Positions 12,292 to 24,876 of a stretch of DNA of 64,000 bases are shown here, piece after piece. The notes below the pieces were generated by a model. The model was not told where the DNA came from. It worked only from the letters and a program-made list of their open reading frames with translations, and made no database searches. The translations under genes and the position numbers were made by a program. This DNA comes from Raillietiella orientalis. Taxonomy: Eukaryota. The stretch lies in contig JAYWIR010000001.1 in assembly GCA_036172245.1 (NCBI GenBank), positions 7,192,001 through 7,256,000 on the forward strand. The letters are read 5' to 3'. The first letter of the stretch is position 1. The number at the start of each line of letters is the position of its first letter.

Positions 12292-14581
12292 ATGGTTTTG
12301 ATACACGTTAAAAGGGGTGCTGATAGCGCTTTCCTTTTTGAAGCAGCCCTGGATACCAAAGTTGATAGTTTGCTGAAGTGTTTAGTCGATATATACAACT
12401 TTTGTTTAAAAATTGGGAGAATTGTTACAGGTAACGAAACTTGCAATATGACTGCATCTTTTGGTAATCAAGATTCATGTAGAAATGGAATTTCTTATGC
12501 AGTACGGTACGTGTTTACCACAAGAGATGCAAGGATTGACAGATGATCAGATTCAAGAGCTGAAATTGGTTGATGAATGGGGGGAGCAATGCACCCCATC
12601 CGGAGGCTATGACTTGACAAAAGATCCTTATGGGAAAAGAAATGGTAAAGCTCCAAAAGAGGCAATGCAAAAAATTATCGAAAAAAGCTGTGCAGAAGCA
12701 AAAGCTATTATTTCCAAGGTTTGAAATCAAGTTATCAGTATTAAAATAGCTATAAGAAATATCTTAATTTTATTCACCTTGAATGGAAAATGTGTGCATT
12801 TTATAGTGAATCTTTGAGGAAAGCATCAACAATTGAATAACTGATGATAATTTGTATTTTGCATATACTATAATAACAAGTGTATGCATGTATGCTTTAT
12901 TTTTGCGCATTTTGATGTGTAATTCAGAATAGTTTTTAAAAGCTTTTCTGCTACTTTTGTAGATGTTTTAATGCTGGAAAGTTGATGTTTTTCTTAAATC
13001 TGATTATAGGCTGGTGAATTCAGCACAAAAACTTGTGAAATAGCTGCCCTAAGCACTAAGATGTGTCTTGTGAAAGATAAAGTGAAATGTACAAACACGG
13101 AGTAATATGTCTAATTAATTTGTTTCATAAATCAGCAACATGTGGAAGCAGGGAAACCATTTACTTTAAAACATGTCCATGAAGCCCTTTCAATCTTGAA
13201 AGGTACAATCATGATTGTGTATCCCATGGGATTACCCCCATATGATCCGATTAGAATGGAATTGGAAAACCGGGAAAGCTTAGAAGGAACTCAAGCTTCT
13301 CAAGAGGTATTCAATTTGTTATCTGTATCACCTCTTTTTTTAAAAAAGAAATGCTCTGGGATTCAACTTGCAAGTTATAAATTTTTCAGGTAATTGAGGA
13401 ATCCATGGCCCAGTTATGGTTTTGTGGAAAAGAAATGCATCGTGATAAGGCATTATATGAATATGTTGGCAGAAATGACAAAAGCAAAATAGTGGTCAAA
13501 TTGCAGGAAAAAGGTCATGGTGCACCTAGCAGAGAACCATTAATGAGTGAAGCTGAACAAAAAAACTTCATGTTGCACAATTATCGACGTCAAGAAGAAT
13601 TGAAGGTAATGTTTGCAAGAAGAAGGTGAATTATAAAAATGGAAACACATGAATATCTGTGTCCCATTTTAGTGTACTAGTATGTATATTTCCCTTGATA
13701 CATAACTTTTTTTACACATTTCTCCCAAACAATTATTAACCTATGGAATGCTAAATCAATACAATTTGCAAATTAAGTTGTTTACAAATGTCAATGTAGA
13801 AAAGAGTGTTTAAGAAATTTTGAAGTTTTGTCAGCACATGGATAATTCTTTGAATATGTATATTGGTTTGAAGAATTAAATCCTGATTTTGTGATTTAAT
13901 TATTCAAAGAAACGTTTTGAATCGAGGTTTAAAAGTAGTTTGTAATAGAATTTGTAAGACACAGATGCACAAAAGTAGCAGGTTGTATTCGGAGCAAAAA
14001 AATCCCCAGTAATTACACAAGCACGCAATGAAGGCATCAGAAATGAAAGTAAAAGCCTGAATACGCCATGAGAGCATGTGTAAACTAGTTCCATTGGAGT
14101 TTCGGGCGATAAAAAAAGCAATTGCAAAAATTAATTGAAAATCTTGAAAAGAAAGTTTTTCCTATGTATGATTTGATTGCTATTAAAATTAGACAAAATC
14201 ATAGCAAAATGAAAACCTGATCATTGACTGAAAATTTATGTATTTTTGTTTCGATGAAGGTCAGGTAGACCAATATATTCCAAATTTTTTAACTTGAAAT
14301 GCTTATAGAATCAGCATTTACATTGTTTAAAATATACAGAATAGTTTGTGCTTTTCTAAAAGCAAGTATAATCAGGTTTTGTGCCAGCAATATATCTGAT
14401 TTCAAATGTTGTTGCAAATCTTTAAAAATGCATCAAGTACCTTTGCCTTTTATTTATTTGTTTGTTTTTTCAGAAATTAGCTGAATGCCAAGATGATTCA
14501 TATTTGAATTCTCCTTGGGCCAATCCCACATCCCTCAGAAGTGCCTTTCATGGCATTCAGAATATAAGATGGAAACCATGA
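12292..14581 (+). CDS. CFAP298: Cilia- and flagella-associated protein 298 (C21orf59/kurly); exons 12292-12430, 12483-12718, 13136-13306, 13390-13605, 14474-14581
   Basis: Motifs MVLIHVKRG, MQGLTDDQIQELKLVDEWGEQCTPSGG, MIVYPMGLPPYDPIRMELEN, AQLWFCGKEM, GAPSREP and DDSYLNSPWA..IRWKP; GT-AG introns. Confidence 0.95.
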
Positions 14582-15399
14582 AGAGTGCAGAAATTTGAAT
14601 TTACACACTGAAACACCATGTATACAATGAAATGAATCTTAATGAATTATATTAGCTAATTATTTATCTTCATTTCGGTTATAAGGTTTATTAAAAAACA
14701 ATTCCCCACACTAGCATTCCTGTATAATCGGAATCGCAATTCACCGTTATGCCGGTTTCAGTAGTTTATTCCAAAGAAATCATCAGTTAAATGTAATTGC
14801 AAAAACGTCAACTATCATGAGTTTTTATCCTTCGAGATTTTTTTTTTTTTTTTTCCAATTTTAAATATACGGATCATCAGAAAATCATCTGAAAGCCAGT
14901 TACAGTAAAATATAGCAAGTCTGTTAAGTGGTTTTCAACCACTGCAAAAAATGTGCATCGGGTCAAGGAATAACGAATGTAAATGTGTTCAATAATTTTG
15001 AACTTACTAACTGGTTTAATAGTGTCTGGAAAACAGGGAAATGATAAACGTTCTTTATTTAACTGCAAGTACAGTAAAGGAATCTGAAAGTATTTATGCA
15101 TTCGTGAGTAAACGTAGTACATATGGCAAAACAATGAGAATAAAATCCTCAACTTGAAAACGTAAACAAATCAAAGCAACGAAGTCGCATTTCATGCACG
15201 CATTCATTGTTTGAACAATTGGAAATTATTCCTTTAAAAAGGTAGTATAAATTGCGTTGTCATGGCCAACTATGGATTTTTGTTTCTGGGTTTTGCTGCA
15301 GTCCAAATGGACACGAGACAACAACCATCTGGACAAAGGGGAGAGGGGAGTTCAGCAATGAGACGCCCTTGGTCCCATGCATATCATTTGGAAATGTAT

Positions 15400-15657
15400 T
15401 TGAATATTTTACATCATAAAAGTTCCTCTTCGCGAATCTTCCTCTAGATAAGTTCAATCTCTTATTTGAATGGTTCAGTATGGATGATTCATGTGTAGGA
15501 TAGATAAGTCTGGTAGCTCTCTGAAGAGAGCAATGAATTCATGGAAAGAGCAGCAACGTTGATTCTGGTTATCCTTTGTAGATATGCAGCAACGGACATC
15601 AAATACTCAGCACTTAATTTAGAGTTTACACCAGAATTTTTAATTGAAGAGCTCTAT
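15400..15657 (-). repeat. 258-bp inverted copy of 17570-17827
   Basis: Direct reverse-complement comparison; 2 substitutions and no indels seen. Confidence 0.95.
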
Positions 15658-15674
15658 AGGAAAGCTCAGTTCAG

Positions 15675-15909
15675 CTGGGTACAGCTTCAGCCATTCTTCT
15701 CTGTAGTTCTATCATACGGTCCTTACTTGATGCTAAATTCAAACTTCCCGTTTGGCTCCATCCTCCAAGAATAGAGTATCAACACTCTCATACAAATACA
15801 GTTTACGCAAAAGCAAACTTTAAGCAAATTATTGTCAAAACACCAACAGGTTCCTCCTATTCATGGAAAAAGCTTACAAACAACCTCACAATCCTCTCAA
15901 ATGTCTCAT
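15675..15909 (-). repeat. 235-bp inverted copy of 18759-18993 (PDPR intron 2 end plus 88 nt of exon 3)
   Basis: Direct reverse-complement comparison; 4 substitutions seen. Confidence 0.95.
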
Positions 15910-17075
15910 GGTGGTGCCCGTGATCGAACATGGCGGCCTCCAAGGAATCAACATCGAACTCGGAAAGCCAACTGAGAAGACCGAATGAGGCAAAGGCCCT
16001 TAAGTATGTCCGTCTACCGTTTCCGCACAACTCAGATCAACCGCGAAGCCATCTGCGCGGCGATCTAGAAAACACACTAGGTGGCCTGCTTTCCTACTGA
16101 GGAGGTCTCTGATGCAGTGCCGGACTTCGACACCTCAGGGGGAGAAAACAAGCTGAAGCTTGATTTCTCTCTCTGCTGTGGCGAGGGGGAAACCCATGGC
16201 CACATGCTCATCTGTCGGACATTGAACAGCAGTTGGATAGAGAGAGTTCCTATAGATGACAATTTGAAGGGTGTGTAACCAACGGAGATCATGAGTGAAG
16301 TCTTCCACGGGAATGGAGTGGCGGACGACTTTAGCCTCCATCATTCTGGTGCGAAGGTGGAAGCTCCTTCAAGGATAAGATGTGCCAGCAAAGGAGATCT
16401 TGCAAGGACTTCTAAAGGAGGAGCTCGGAATCTGTGATTGCGGAAAGAAGCTTGCACGGACACTCAGATGCATTCTACAGAAACTGCAGATGATCTGACT
16501 AGTGCAAAGCAGCACTGAATCCTTTCCCCAAAGTGACGATCGACCGGTGAACAGCGTTAGGACAGAACACCAGAATACGACATTCAGTGTGAACTCCAAT
16601 GCAAAATGTAGTGTATGCAAGTGTTGTTGAAACTCAGTTAGTGTTGAAGCATCTATTAAATTTTGTTAAAAATTGTTTACACATCAAATCATCACCTCGT
16701 CTATAGAACTAGGAGAAATTTTGCAGCAGTTCTTTGGCACTTAAACTATAACTTTCGCACAGATCTCAAACTGAAGATGGATGATTAAAATGAAGCAGCT
16801 TCACTTTTTGAGGGAACTCATAATCGCCACTACTTTCAGCAAACCACATGAATCACGAAAAACTATTTTCTTGATACGCGACATCTGGAAAGAATAAAGT
16901 AAAAAAAAAAATGAGCAAACCCAATAATGTAGGTAGATGGGAAGCTGAAGCCCTGTACAAAAAGGAAGATTTTTGTTAAATTTACATCGATTAGATGGCT
17001 ACTGTGTCTCAAGTGCATACTTTGACTTTATATTGAGAAATATTAACCATGCAGCTTTGCTAGTTAACATCTGGG

Positions 17076-17400
17076 ATGCAGGTTTTATTGGATAGTGGAA
17101 GCGTTTGCTCGTCGCTAGCATGACATTCCAAATAGGCTTTGTGAAATTTAGGAGAAAAGTCTCAAGTTGGTGTCCGTTCCGTGAGCTTGCAACCTTTTCT
17201 AGGGTTCATGAGCAGTATTTATCAAAATTCTGATGCTTTATCATAAGATACCTCATTCAGAAGGTCAATGCTTCCAAGATCTAGAGGTTTACCTTATGAA
17301 GTTCGCTATCTGCATTTTTTTTCCTACGTTTTGTTTAATTTTCTTATAATAACAAGTGGGACACTGTTTATGCACTCCTTTATTTGGTGTTAAGTGGTTT
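17076..17400 (+). mobile_element. Possible decayed LTR-retrotransposon aspartic protease fragment
   Basis: MQVLLDSGSVCS resembles the retropepsin LLDSGA/S motif, and downstream TPLFGVKWF resembles LLGRDW. The frames are broken and no RT or LTR was recognised. Confidence 0.25.
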
Positions 17401-17569
17401 TTGTTGAAAAAATGAAACAGCTTAGATTTCTGGAAATGGCAATTGAGACCAAGATTGAGATCCAGGATTACTAATAATCCCGCAAAGCAATTTTTCGTAG
17501 ACGACAGCATGTGGCTCATAATCGAATCAATTAATGTACTATCAGTATAGACGAAACCAGCCAGCCACC

Positions 17570-17827
17570 ATAGAGCTCTTCAATTAAAAGTTCTGGTGTA
17601 AACTCTAAATTAAGTGCTGAGTATTTGATGTCCGTTGCTGCATATCTACAAAGGATAACCAGAATCAACGTTGCTGCTCTTTCCATGAATTCATTGCTCT
17701 CTTCAGAGAGCTACCAGACTTATCTATCCTACACATGAATCATCCATACTGAACCATTCAAATAAGAGATTGAACTTATCTAGAGGAAGATTCGCGATGA
17801 GGAACTTTTATGATGTAAAATATTCAA
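17570..17827 (+). repeat. Partner of the inverted repeat at 15400-15657
   Basis: Reverse-complement match with 2 substitutions. Confidence 0.95.
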
Positions 17828-18371
17828 CTACGCTTCCTATTCAAGTTATTTGCTCAGATAAATGTTATTCTATAGAACCCACTTCAATTTTGCATATTTT
17901 GTTTTTATACAAGAACTTAATCAGAAAATAAAAGACACAAAACTAGGAAAATATGGAATGCTTCTCCTCAAAATTTGATGAAGGCCAGAAGAAATTGTGA
18001 TTATGCAGAGTTTAGAACGCTCACCTATGCGGATATTTTAAGGAAATTTCTTAATCAAAGAATAAACAATAATTAGTAATTCACCTGTTTTCTCAAGAGT
18101 ATTCGGATGACAACATACGACTCTATTTGTGTAATTCCTAAATTTGTAATTTTACAGAATATATGCCGTATTTTTGAACAATAAATAGTCAGAGAGTTTC
18201 TTAACCAGCACAAGCTTGTACAAAAATCGTTCATGCTTTGTATTTTGGAAACTCTTTTCTTAATGAAATCTTGATTTCATATTTCTGAAATTCTGATGTG
18301 GTATTTCTTGTGTACAATTCAGTGTTGACTTTTTGTCCTTCTGTTTTACGTGAGACTAAGTGACCAGGACA

Positions 18372-21300
18372 ATGAAACTTATGTGTGTGTTGTGTCGTGC
18401 ACTAACTGCTCATAGCAGCTGCCCACCCCATGCACAAGTTGTAATTAATGGAGCGGGAATGTTGGGAAATTCAGTGGCTTATCATCTAATTTTAGAAGGA
18501 TGGAAAAATGTAGTGGTGATTGAAAGGTCTAGGTATGTACAAATGAGCACGTCTCTTTAAAAAAATCCCGTCTCCATTGAAGAGTGGGCAGTGGTACATC
18601 GTCATTTGGTTCAGGGATTGTTAGTTTGTTCAAGTCTCCCGAACAAAGAAAGGTGATATCTTTCAGTGCCAAATTGTACTCAGAATTGCAGAAACAAGGA
18701 TATGATTTAGGTATTTAGCAATGGTCGATTTCTTGTCTTGATAGGGAAAGATTACTGTATGAGACATTTGAGAGGATTGTGAAGTTTTTTGTAAGGTTTT
18801 TCCATGAATAGGAGGAACCTGTTGGTGTTTTGACAATAATTTGCTTAAAGTTTGCTTTTGCGTAAACTGTATTTGTATGAGAGTGTTGATACTCTATTCT
18901 TGGAGGATGGAGCCAAACGGGAAGTTTGAATTTAGCATCAAGTAAGGACCGCATGATAGAACTACAGAGAAGAATGGCTGAAGCTGTACCCAGTGGATTG
19001 CATTGTCAAGTATGTATCTTACAATCATGCTAGTTTTCATTTAAGTTTATTTTACACTTAGATGTTAACTGTTAAAGACATTCAAAAACAGTACCCCTAC
19101 ATATCAACTAGCCACTTGTTAGGTGGCGTATGGGTTCCAGAAGACTCTGTGGCAGATGTGCACAAAGCATGTTTAGTTTTGGCTTCATTAGCTCGCAGTC
19201 TTGGAGTTGACTATATAGAAAACTGTGAAGTGAAAGAAGTTCTGACTGATGGAAAAAAAGTGACTGGTGTGCTGACTACAGATGGTATCATAAAATGCAG
19301 CTACTATGTAAACTGTGGAGGCATGGTCAGAGTGATCTTGTTGGTTGAAAGTTAACATGCACACTAGTGGGCTCGAGAGTTAGGTTACTTGTGCAAGCCA
19401 CCTGTAAAAATCCCAGTGCATGCTGTTGATCAGATGTTTGCAATTAGTCAGCCATTATCAAAGTTTGACACTTCTTCCATGCCTGTTATTCAAGATTTGG
19501 ATAATTTTCTTTTTATGAGAAATTGGAAACAAGGAATTCTAATAGGTGGATGTGATTCAACATCACATTCCAGTGTATTAGGTATTCCTGATAATTGGAA
19601 TTTCCATGATGAAGATAGGACTCATTTTAGTGAGTCATTAATTTCTTAATTACTCAGCATCTTGTAGAATCCGTTATTAAAAATGCCTTGTGCCGTATCC
19701 CGGACCTGAGGGAGGTTGGTGTCCAGGAGTTCCTCAACAGATTTGATAATTTTACTGCTGATGGAAAATGGTTACTGGGTCCTGCTACAGAGGTGGATCA
19801 GTGTCTCTTAAACTCAAAACTTATCCTAACAACAAAGGTGGCCAATTATTTCGTGGCTGTAGGAATGAATGGCAATGTAACTGAAGGAGCTGGAGGAATT
19901 GGGAAGTTACTGGCAGAATGGATTACCCATGGAGAGACTAGCATTGATTTGGTGCCTTTTGATATCCGTCGATTCCTTCCTTTGCACAATACAAGACGTT
20001 TGTTGAGAGAACAAGTACATGAATTAAAAGTCCGGTGAGCAAATCATTGTTATTTCTGTGAACAGTTTGATGTGGTCTTAGCCGAACTAAGAATATGTAA
20101 GACTATGCATGCATCTATATGCACACTTTAAGTTTTGGCTAGTTTTTGACTAGCTTTGTTTAGACAATATGCGATTCAGTATCCCAAGCAGAGTGAGTTC
20201 CAGTCCGAAAGATACTTGCGCTGCTCCCCACTGTATCCTGAATTGCAAGTGCAAGGTGGCATATTTGGTTCTTGTCAGTGCTTTGAAAGGGCACTCTATT
20301 TTGATCCATCAGGTAAACTAAGTAGGAGCAAAAATTCAGTCTATCATTTATGTAGGAAAGGAGCTGAAACCAAGTTTTAAACAGCCGGATTATTTTTCGA
20401 ATGTTCAGGATGAATACTGGGCTTGCAAAGAAACTGTTGGCATTATTGATATGTCATCATATTGTAAGTTTGAGCTACATGTAAGTTGCATTACATATGA
20501 TTGACTCTTAACATCAAAACTATCAGTCTCGTGGATTGGAGGTCATTGATTATTTGCAGAAACTTTGTAGTAGTGATATTAATATTCCTGTTGGTCATGT
20601 GACTTTCTGCTCCATGCTCAATCACCAAGGTGGCTATGAGAATGACTGTATTCTTGTACGGCTACATGACAATCTGTAAGACCAAGAGCACAATAGTTCA
20701 ATTCCTGCAGATTTTTCATGGTTGGTCCTACAAAGCTCCAAACACGTGTTACTCACTGGATGACCCATCACCTGCTTGCTGATCGCTCAGTTCGTCTCAA
20801 AGATGTTACTTCTAAATATGTAGCCATCAATGTCATTGGACCTAAGGCAGGGGAACTGTTGGCTGAGTTAACTGGTAAACAAGTGACAATGTCCCAAAGC
20901 ATAGCTCAGGTAAATTACAGCTGATGAATTGTGATCATCTTGATTGAGATTAGGAAGTGAGTCCAGGATATGCAGATGGTGTGATTTTATTTCCTGCCAC
21001 TAATGTGGGAGAGCCTGGATACTCTTTATACATTCCCTCTGAGTATGCACTGCATGTGTACAATTTGCTGCTGCTCAAAGGTCATGATTATGGAATCAAG
21101 AACTTGGGATATTTTGCTTTCCGATTCCTCAGACTTGAGAATTTTGTCCCATTCTGGGGTGAAGAAATTGATAGTTTGACCACTCCCTTGGAGATTGGTC
21201 GTAGCAAAATAGATTTCACAGTATGTAAATATTCATTATCTGTTTTAAACTTTATAATTTAGAAGGAAGATTTCATTGGAAAACATTCTTTGTTGGCTCA

Positions 21301-21753
21301 AATGAAGCTTGGCATTCAGAGAAAATTAGTATTTTTCCAACTGACAAACCATAATCCTGATTCAGATCTGTGGCTTTGGGGAGGAGAACCTATTTATAGG
21401 AATGGACATTATGTGGGAAGCACTACATCAGCTGGGTACTAATATTTGATAGTATTACATGGAATACAATATGATAAATATGGTTTTCGTAATTCTATAG
21501 GTATGGATTCTCTCTCAAATCCGTAGTGTGTATGGGTTTTGTGAAAAATCATAAGAGCGGACCTTTCCATATGGAACCAGTAAATAAGGATTACATAATG
21601 TCAGAGGATGCAAACTATGAAGTTGATATAGCCGGGAAACGATTTAATGCAAAAGTATTCTTGGAACCACCAAAGCTACCTAGAATTTCAGCTGATGAAA
21701 TTCGAAGACGCTATAGGCCTCTTGCTAGGCAACACTTGCAACGTGATCACTAA
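18372..21753 (+). CDS. PDPR: Pyruvate dehydrogenase phosphatase regulatory subunit-like (GcvT/DAO family flavoprotein); 14 exons: 18372-18532, 18583-18710, 18906-19009, 19062-19325, 19368-19629, 19668-19792, 19838-20034, 20164-20312, 20356-20480, 20527-20675, 20711-20909, 20954-21220, 21263-21435, 21501-21753
   Basis: Motifs AQVVINGAGMLGNSVAYHL, GGVWVPEDS, YVNCGGMWARELG, NYFVAVGMNG, LRCSPLYPEL, GEPGYSLYIPSEYALHVY, LWLWGGEPIYRNG and YEVDIAGKRFNAKV. The start codon is inferred. Confidence 0.9.
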
Positions 21754-22683
21754 GGGTGATGTTACTAAGAAGAAAGTTGCATATAGCTGTAACTTGATTA
21801 ATAAATACTATTGTGCAATGTTGAATAGGCTGAAATCTTTATGCTTGCAAAGTATGACATGGCATTTGAATATGCCTTTTGATAATCCGTTAATCCTTTT
21901 CCAGAAGATCCAGTCAGCTTTGCATTAATGTTTGGTAGTTTTTAACAGCAAATTCCATTTTGCATTCATAGCTCCAGTTGACCAGGCCTATCTTTCATTG
22001 GTATTCTAAGTTGTTTCTTTACGTGATTCCCTCAAACTGCAAGTGATCTTACTCAGTGAGAAGTCTCTAAATATGTGCTTCACAACACCTGTTTAAGATT
22101 CCATGCATTTGGAATTGTTTTCCTAGCTCACCAAGGAATTACAGTTTTTTCTTTGGGACAAAAAGCAAAATTTCCTTGAAGATATGAAAAAACATTGAAA
22201 CTTTTGATAATTTTTTTATAAGCAAAAGTCTACATGCGTACAGTAACCCATGCTGTGTATCGATTCGGACAATATCCATTACTATTAAATTTGTTCTAGT
22301 AGGAATTCGGTGATTTCAGAAAATGAAATTAAGATTTCCCACGCTCTCACACAAATGAGCATACTGAGGAAACAAACGAAACATTTGAAATGCTTCATAA
22401 CGAGTACTGTTAAAAGATGTTTTCGCCATAATTGATTTGTAGAAACTACTTGCAAAATCCATGCAGCAATGGCACGATAATCACGTTCAGTGATTACATG
22501 TTTAGTGTATATATAACCATGAAAACTCAAGTCCAAATCTGCAAGACTCATCACATTTTGAAGGATATTTTGCATCGTGAAAATCTATGTAAAATGGAAC
22601 TTTAGAAAAAAGAATTCACTATTCTGTTGATATTAAAAGAAAATGGCAAATGATCGTATTTGTTACCTGCAAATGGACTTCTG

Positions 22684-22717
22684 ACAGCGTTCCCGGAACA
22701 ATTTGCGGGAACGCTGT
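22684..22717. repeat. GC-rich stem-loop (12-bp stem, 10-nt loop) in AT-rich intergenic DNA
   Basis: ACAGCGTTCCCG-gaacaatttg-CGGGAACGCTGT. Confidence 0.7.
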
Positions 22718-24838
22718 AGAAAAAGATACCTAACTATACAATGCTTAAACATCGACTATCATTACATCTAATAAACACTTCACGATATTGTTACCTAATT
22801 ATCTTTTATCACCTCCATTTAGTCTAAGCTTCTGTCTTAAAGATTTTCCTTTTTTTCAAAATCTCAATGCTCATATTTCCCATACATTCTTTCTTTGTAT
22901 TAAGATTGTTCTCAATAGAATTGCAATATATATTTGTAAACATCAGATTGAAAATTTCATTTTTAATTATTCATACTATGAATTTCCTGGAAATGAACAA
23001 ATGCGCGCTGACAAAAAGAGAAATTTTCAAGTATACTGACTTTATGTTTTATTTTTAGTTGAACAAATGTATTTTCTTTAAAGGCTGTGCTTATTCCCGT
23101 TTTATATTGTCATAAAAGACACAAATGACTCAGGAAATCAATTTCGATTACGCATGGTGAGCACTAAATTTAAACATTTGGATGCATGTGCATTGTGTTT
23201 AACATTGTATTTAAAATGTGCTTTCGTTCCTTTAACATTATTATTGTTCTAATGAAGCAGTTCAGTGAATAACTGAAGTTGAAATTATGAAAACCTACTG
23301 CTTAGCCTGTCGTGGTTTTGTTTTCTAAAACTCCACAAATCGTATGATGTTAACATGGAGCTTCTTCTGCCCATCCAGAATTCTCCTTAAATATCTATAG
23401 TCACTATTGTCTGGACATATGTAATTTCTTTTATAAGTTCTCATCATCATAATTAACAAATTTAGCATCATTACCTAATGAATATTTTTCAATGTTAATT
23501 TAGCTTGTGACAAATATATGTTTGCGTTGGATAGTATATTTGTATTATACTAATTTCAAATGACCAAATGGAAGATTCCGACTTGTAATTCGACGTAAAG
23601 AAACGAAAAATAAGGAAACCACACTTTCAATGTAATCAAAGTATAATTAAAATTATAAGCAAAAAGTTACTTCTGACGAAACAAAGGCCTATTTGCAAAA
23701 ATAGGAAAGTATTTATCAGATTTCATTTCATTTTGATCCAATAAACATCATCTCTTAATTAAGAGCGAATTTCTCCCACATTTGCCACCCAGAAACGCAC
23801 GAAATTGCAATTAAAGGTTTGAACAAAATACTAATTAAGGAAGTTTTTCCTAAAATATAAATCCTCAAGCTGTTGAAAATAAGTGCGAAGCATCGATATA
23901 TCGAAATAACGAAAAACAAAAATTACTGTAAACTGCGTTTTGAAAGCTTTAAATGATCACGTCACTGTGCACTTTTGTATTTTATAAGTAAGAAATACGG
24001 TGAATGAGTAGAAATATTCAAGGGAAGCATCCCCCCCCCCACTTCCTGCTGTTTTTGACACAAGCTTTTCTTTAGATTTATAGTGATATCACTTTTATTC
24101 TCTCGTTTTCCTGATAGCTTGCTGACTGGCTGTTCGTTTGTTAATGAGACACACACAAAAGGCTTCAACCGAATTCTGCTTTGGTAATTAAAACATTCCA
24201 GCTGAAGCAGTGGTTTTCTTTGTGTGGGTTATTTCTCATATTTAAGGAATAATGCTTTCTTAATAATTCGGGAAATTCCCAAGATCCTTTTTTCGTGTTG
24301 TACTTATATCCTTCACGGCTGTTTTATCTTTATTTCGGACTTCAAATCAACACCCATTCAAATTTGCTTTCCAATATTCGAGTAACTGAATGCCCTGATT
24401 TGAATGCAGATTCATTTACTTTTTTTTTTTTTTTTCAAGTAAGCTTTATCAAAAAAATTTCCTCTGTATTTGTGCATAACAAAACCAAATTCTCGAAATC
24501 TTCATCTTTCCAACTATTTTCGTTTCGCTATTTAAAAGAGCACTAATTTTGCAAAATTTCTAGCACCAAAGTGTTATTGCCCAAATTGAGGCGAGGCGAA
24601 ATAATGTCAAATTCGCTCCTTTATTTTTTATTTCCGGAAATCGTTTTCGGTAAGATTCAGTAAAAAATCATGCACCTAGCAATCAATGTTTTAGCTTTTG
24701 ATGATAATCCTGTAATTGTCTCAACGTTTCTCCACTGTTTGAGTATTTCGATTTCAAATAAGAAAATAAACCTTTGAAAGTACTGGTTTCTCTCCAACTA
24801 ATTAAAGGTGAATACTGACGAATTTTTATTGTGATTTG

Positions 24839-24876
24839 AATTGCAGATCAAAGTTAATTAACTTTGATCTGCAATT
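24839..24876. repeat. Perfect 38-bp spacerless palindrome
   Basis: AATTGCAGATCAAAGTTAA|TTAACTTTGATCTGCAATT. Confidence 0.95.
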
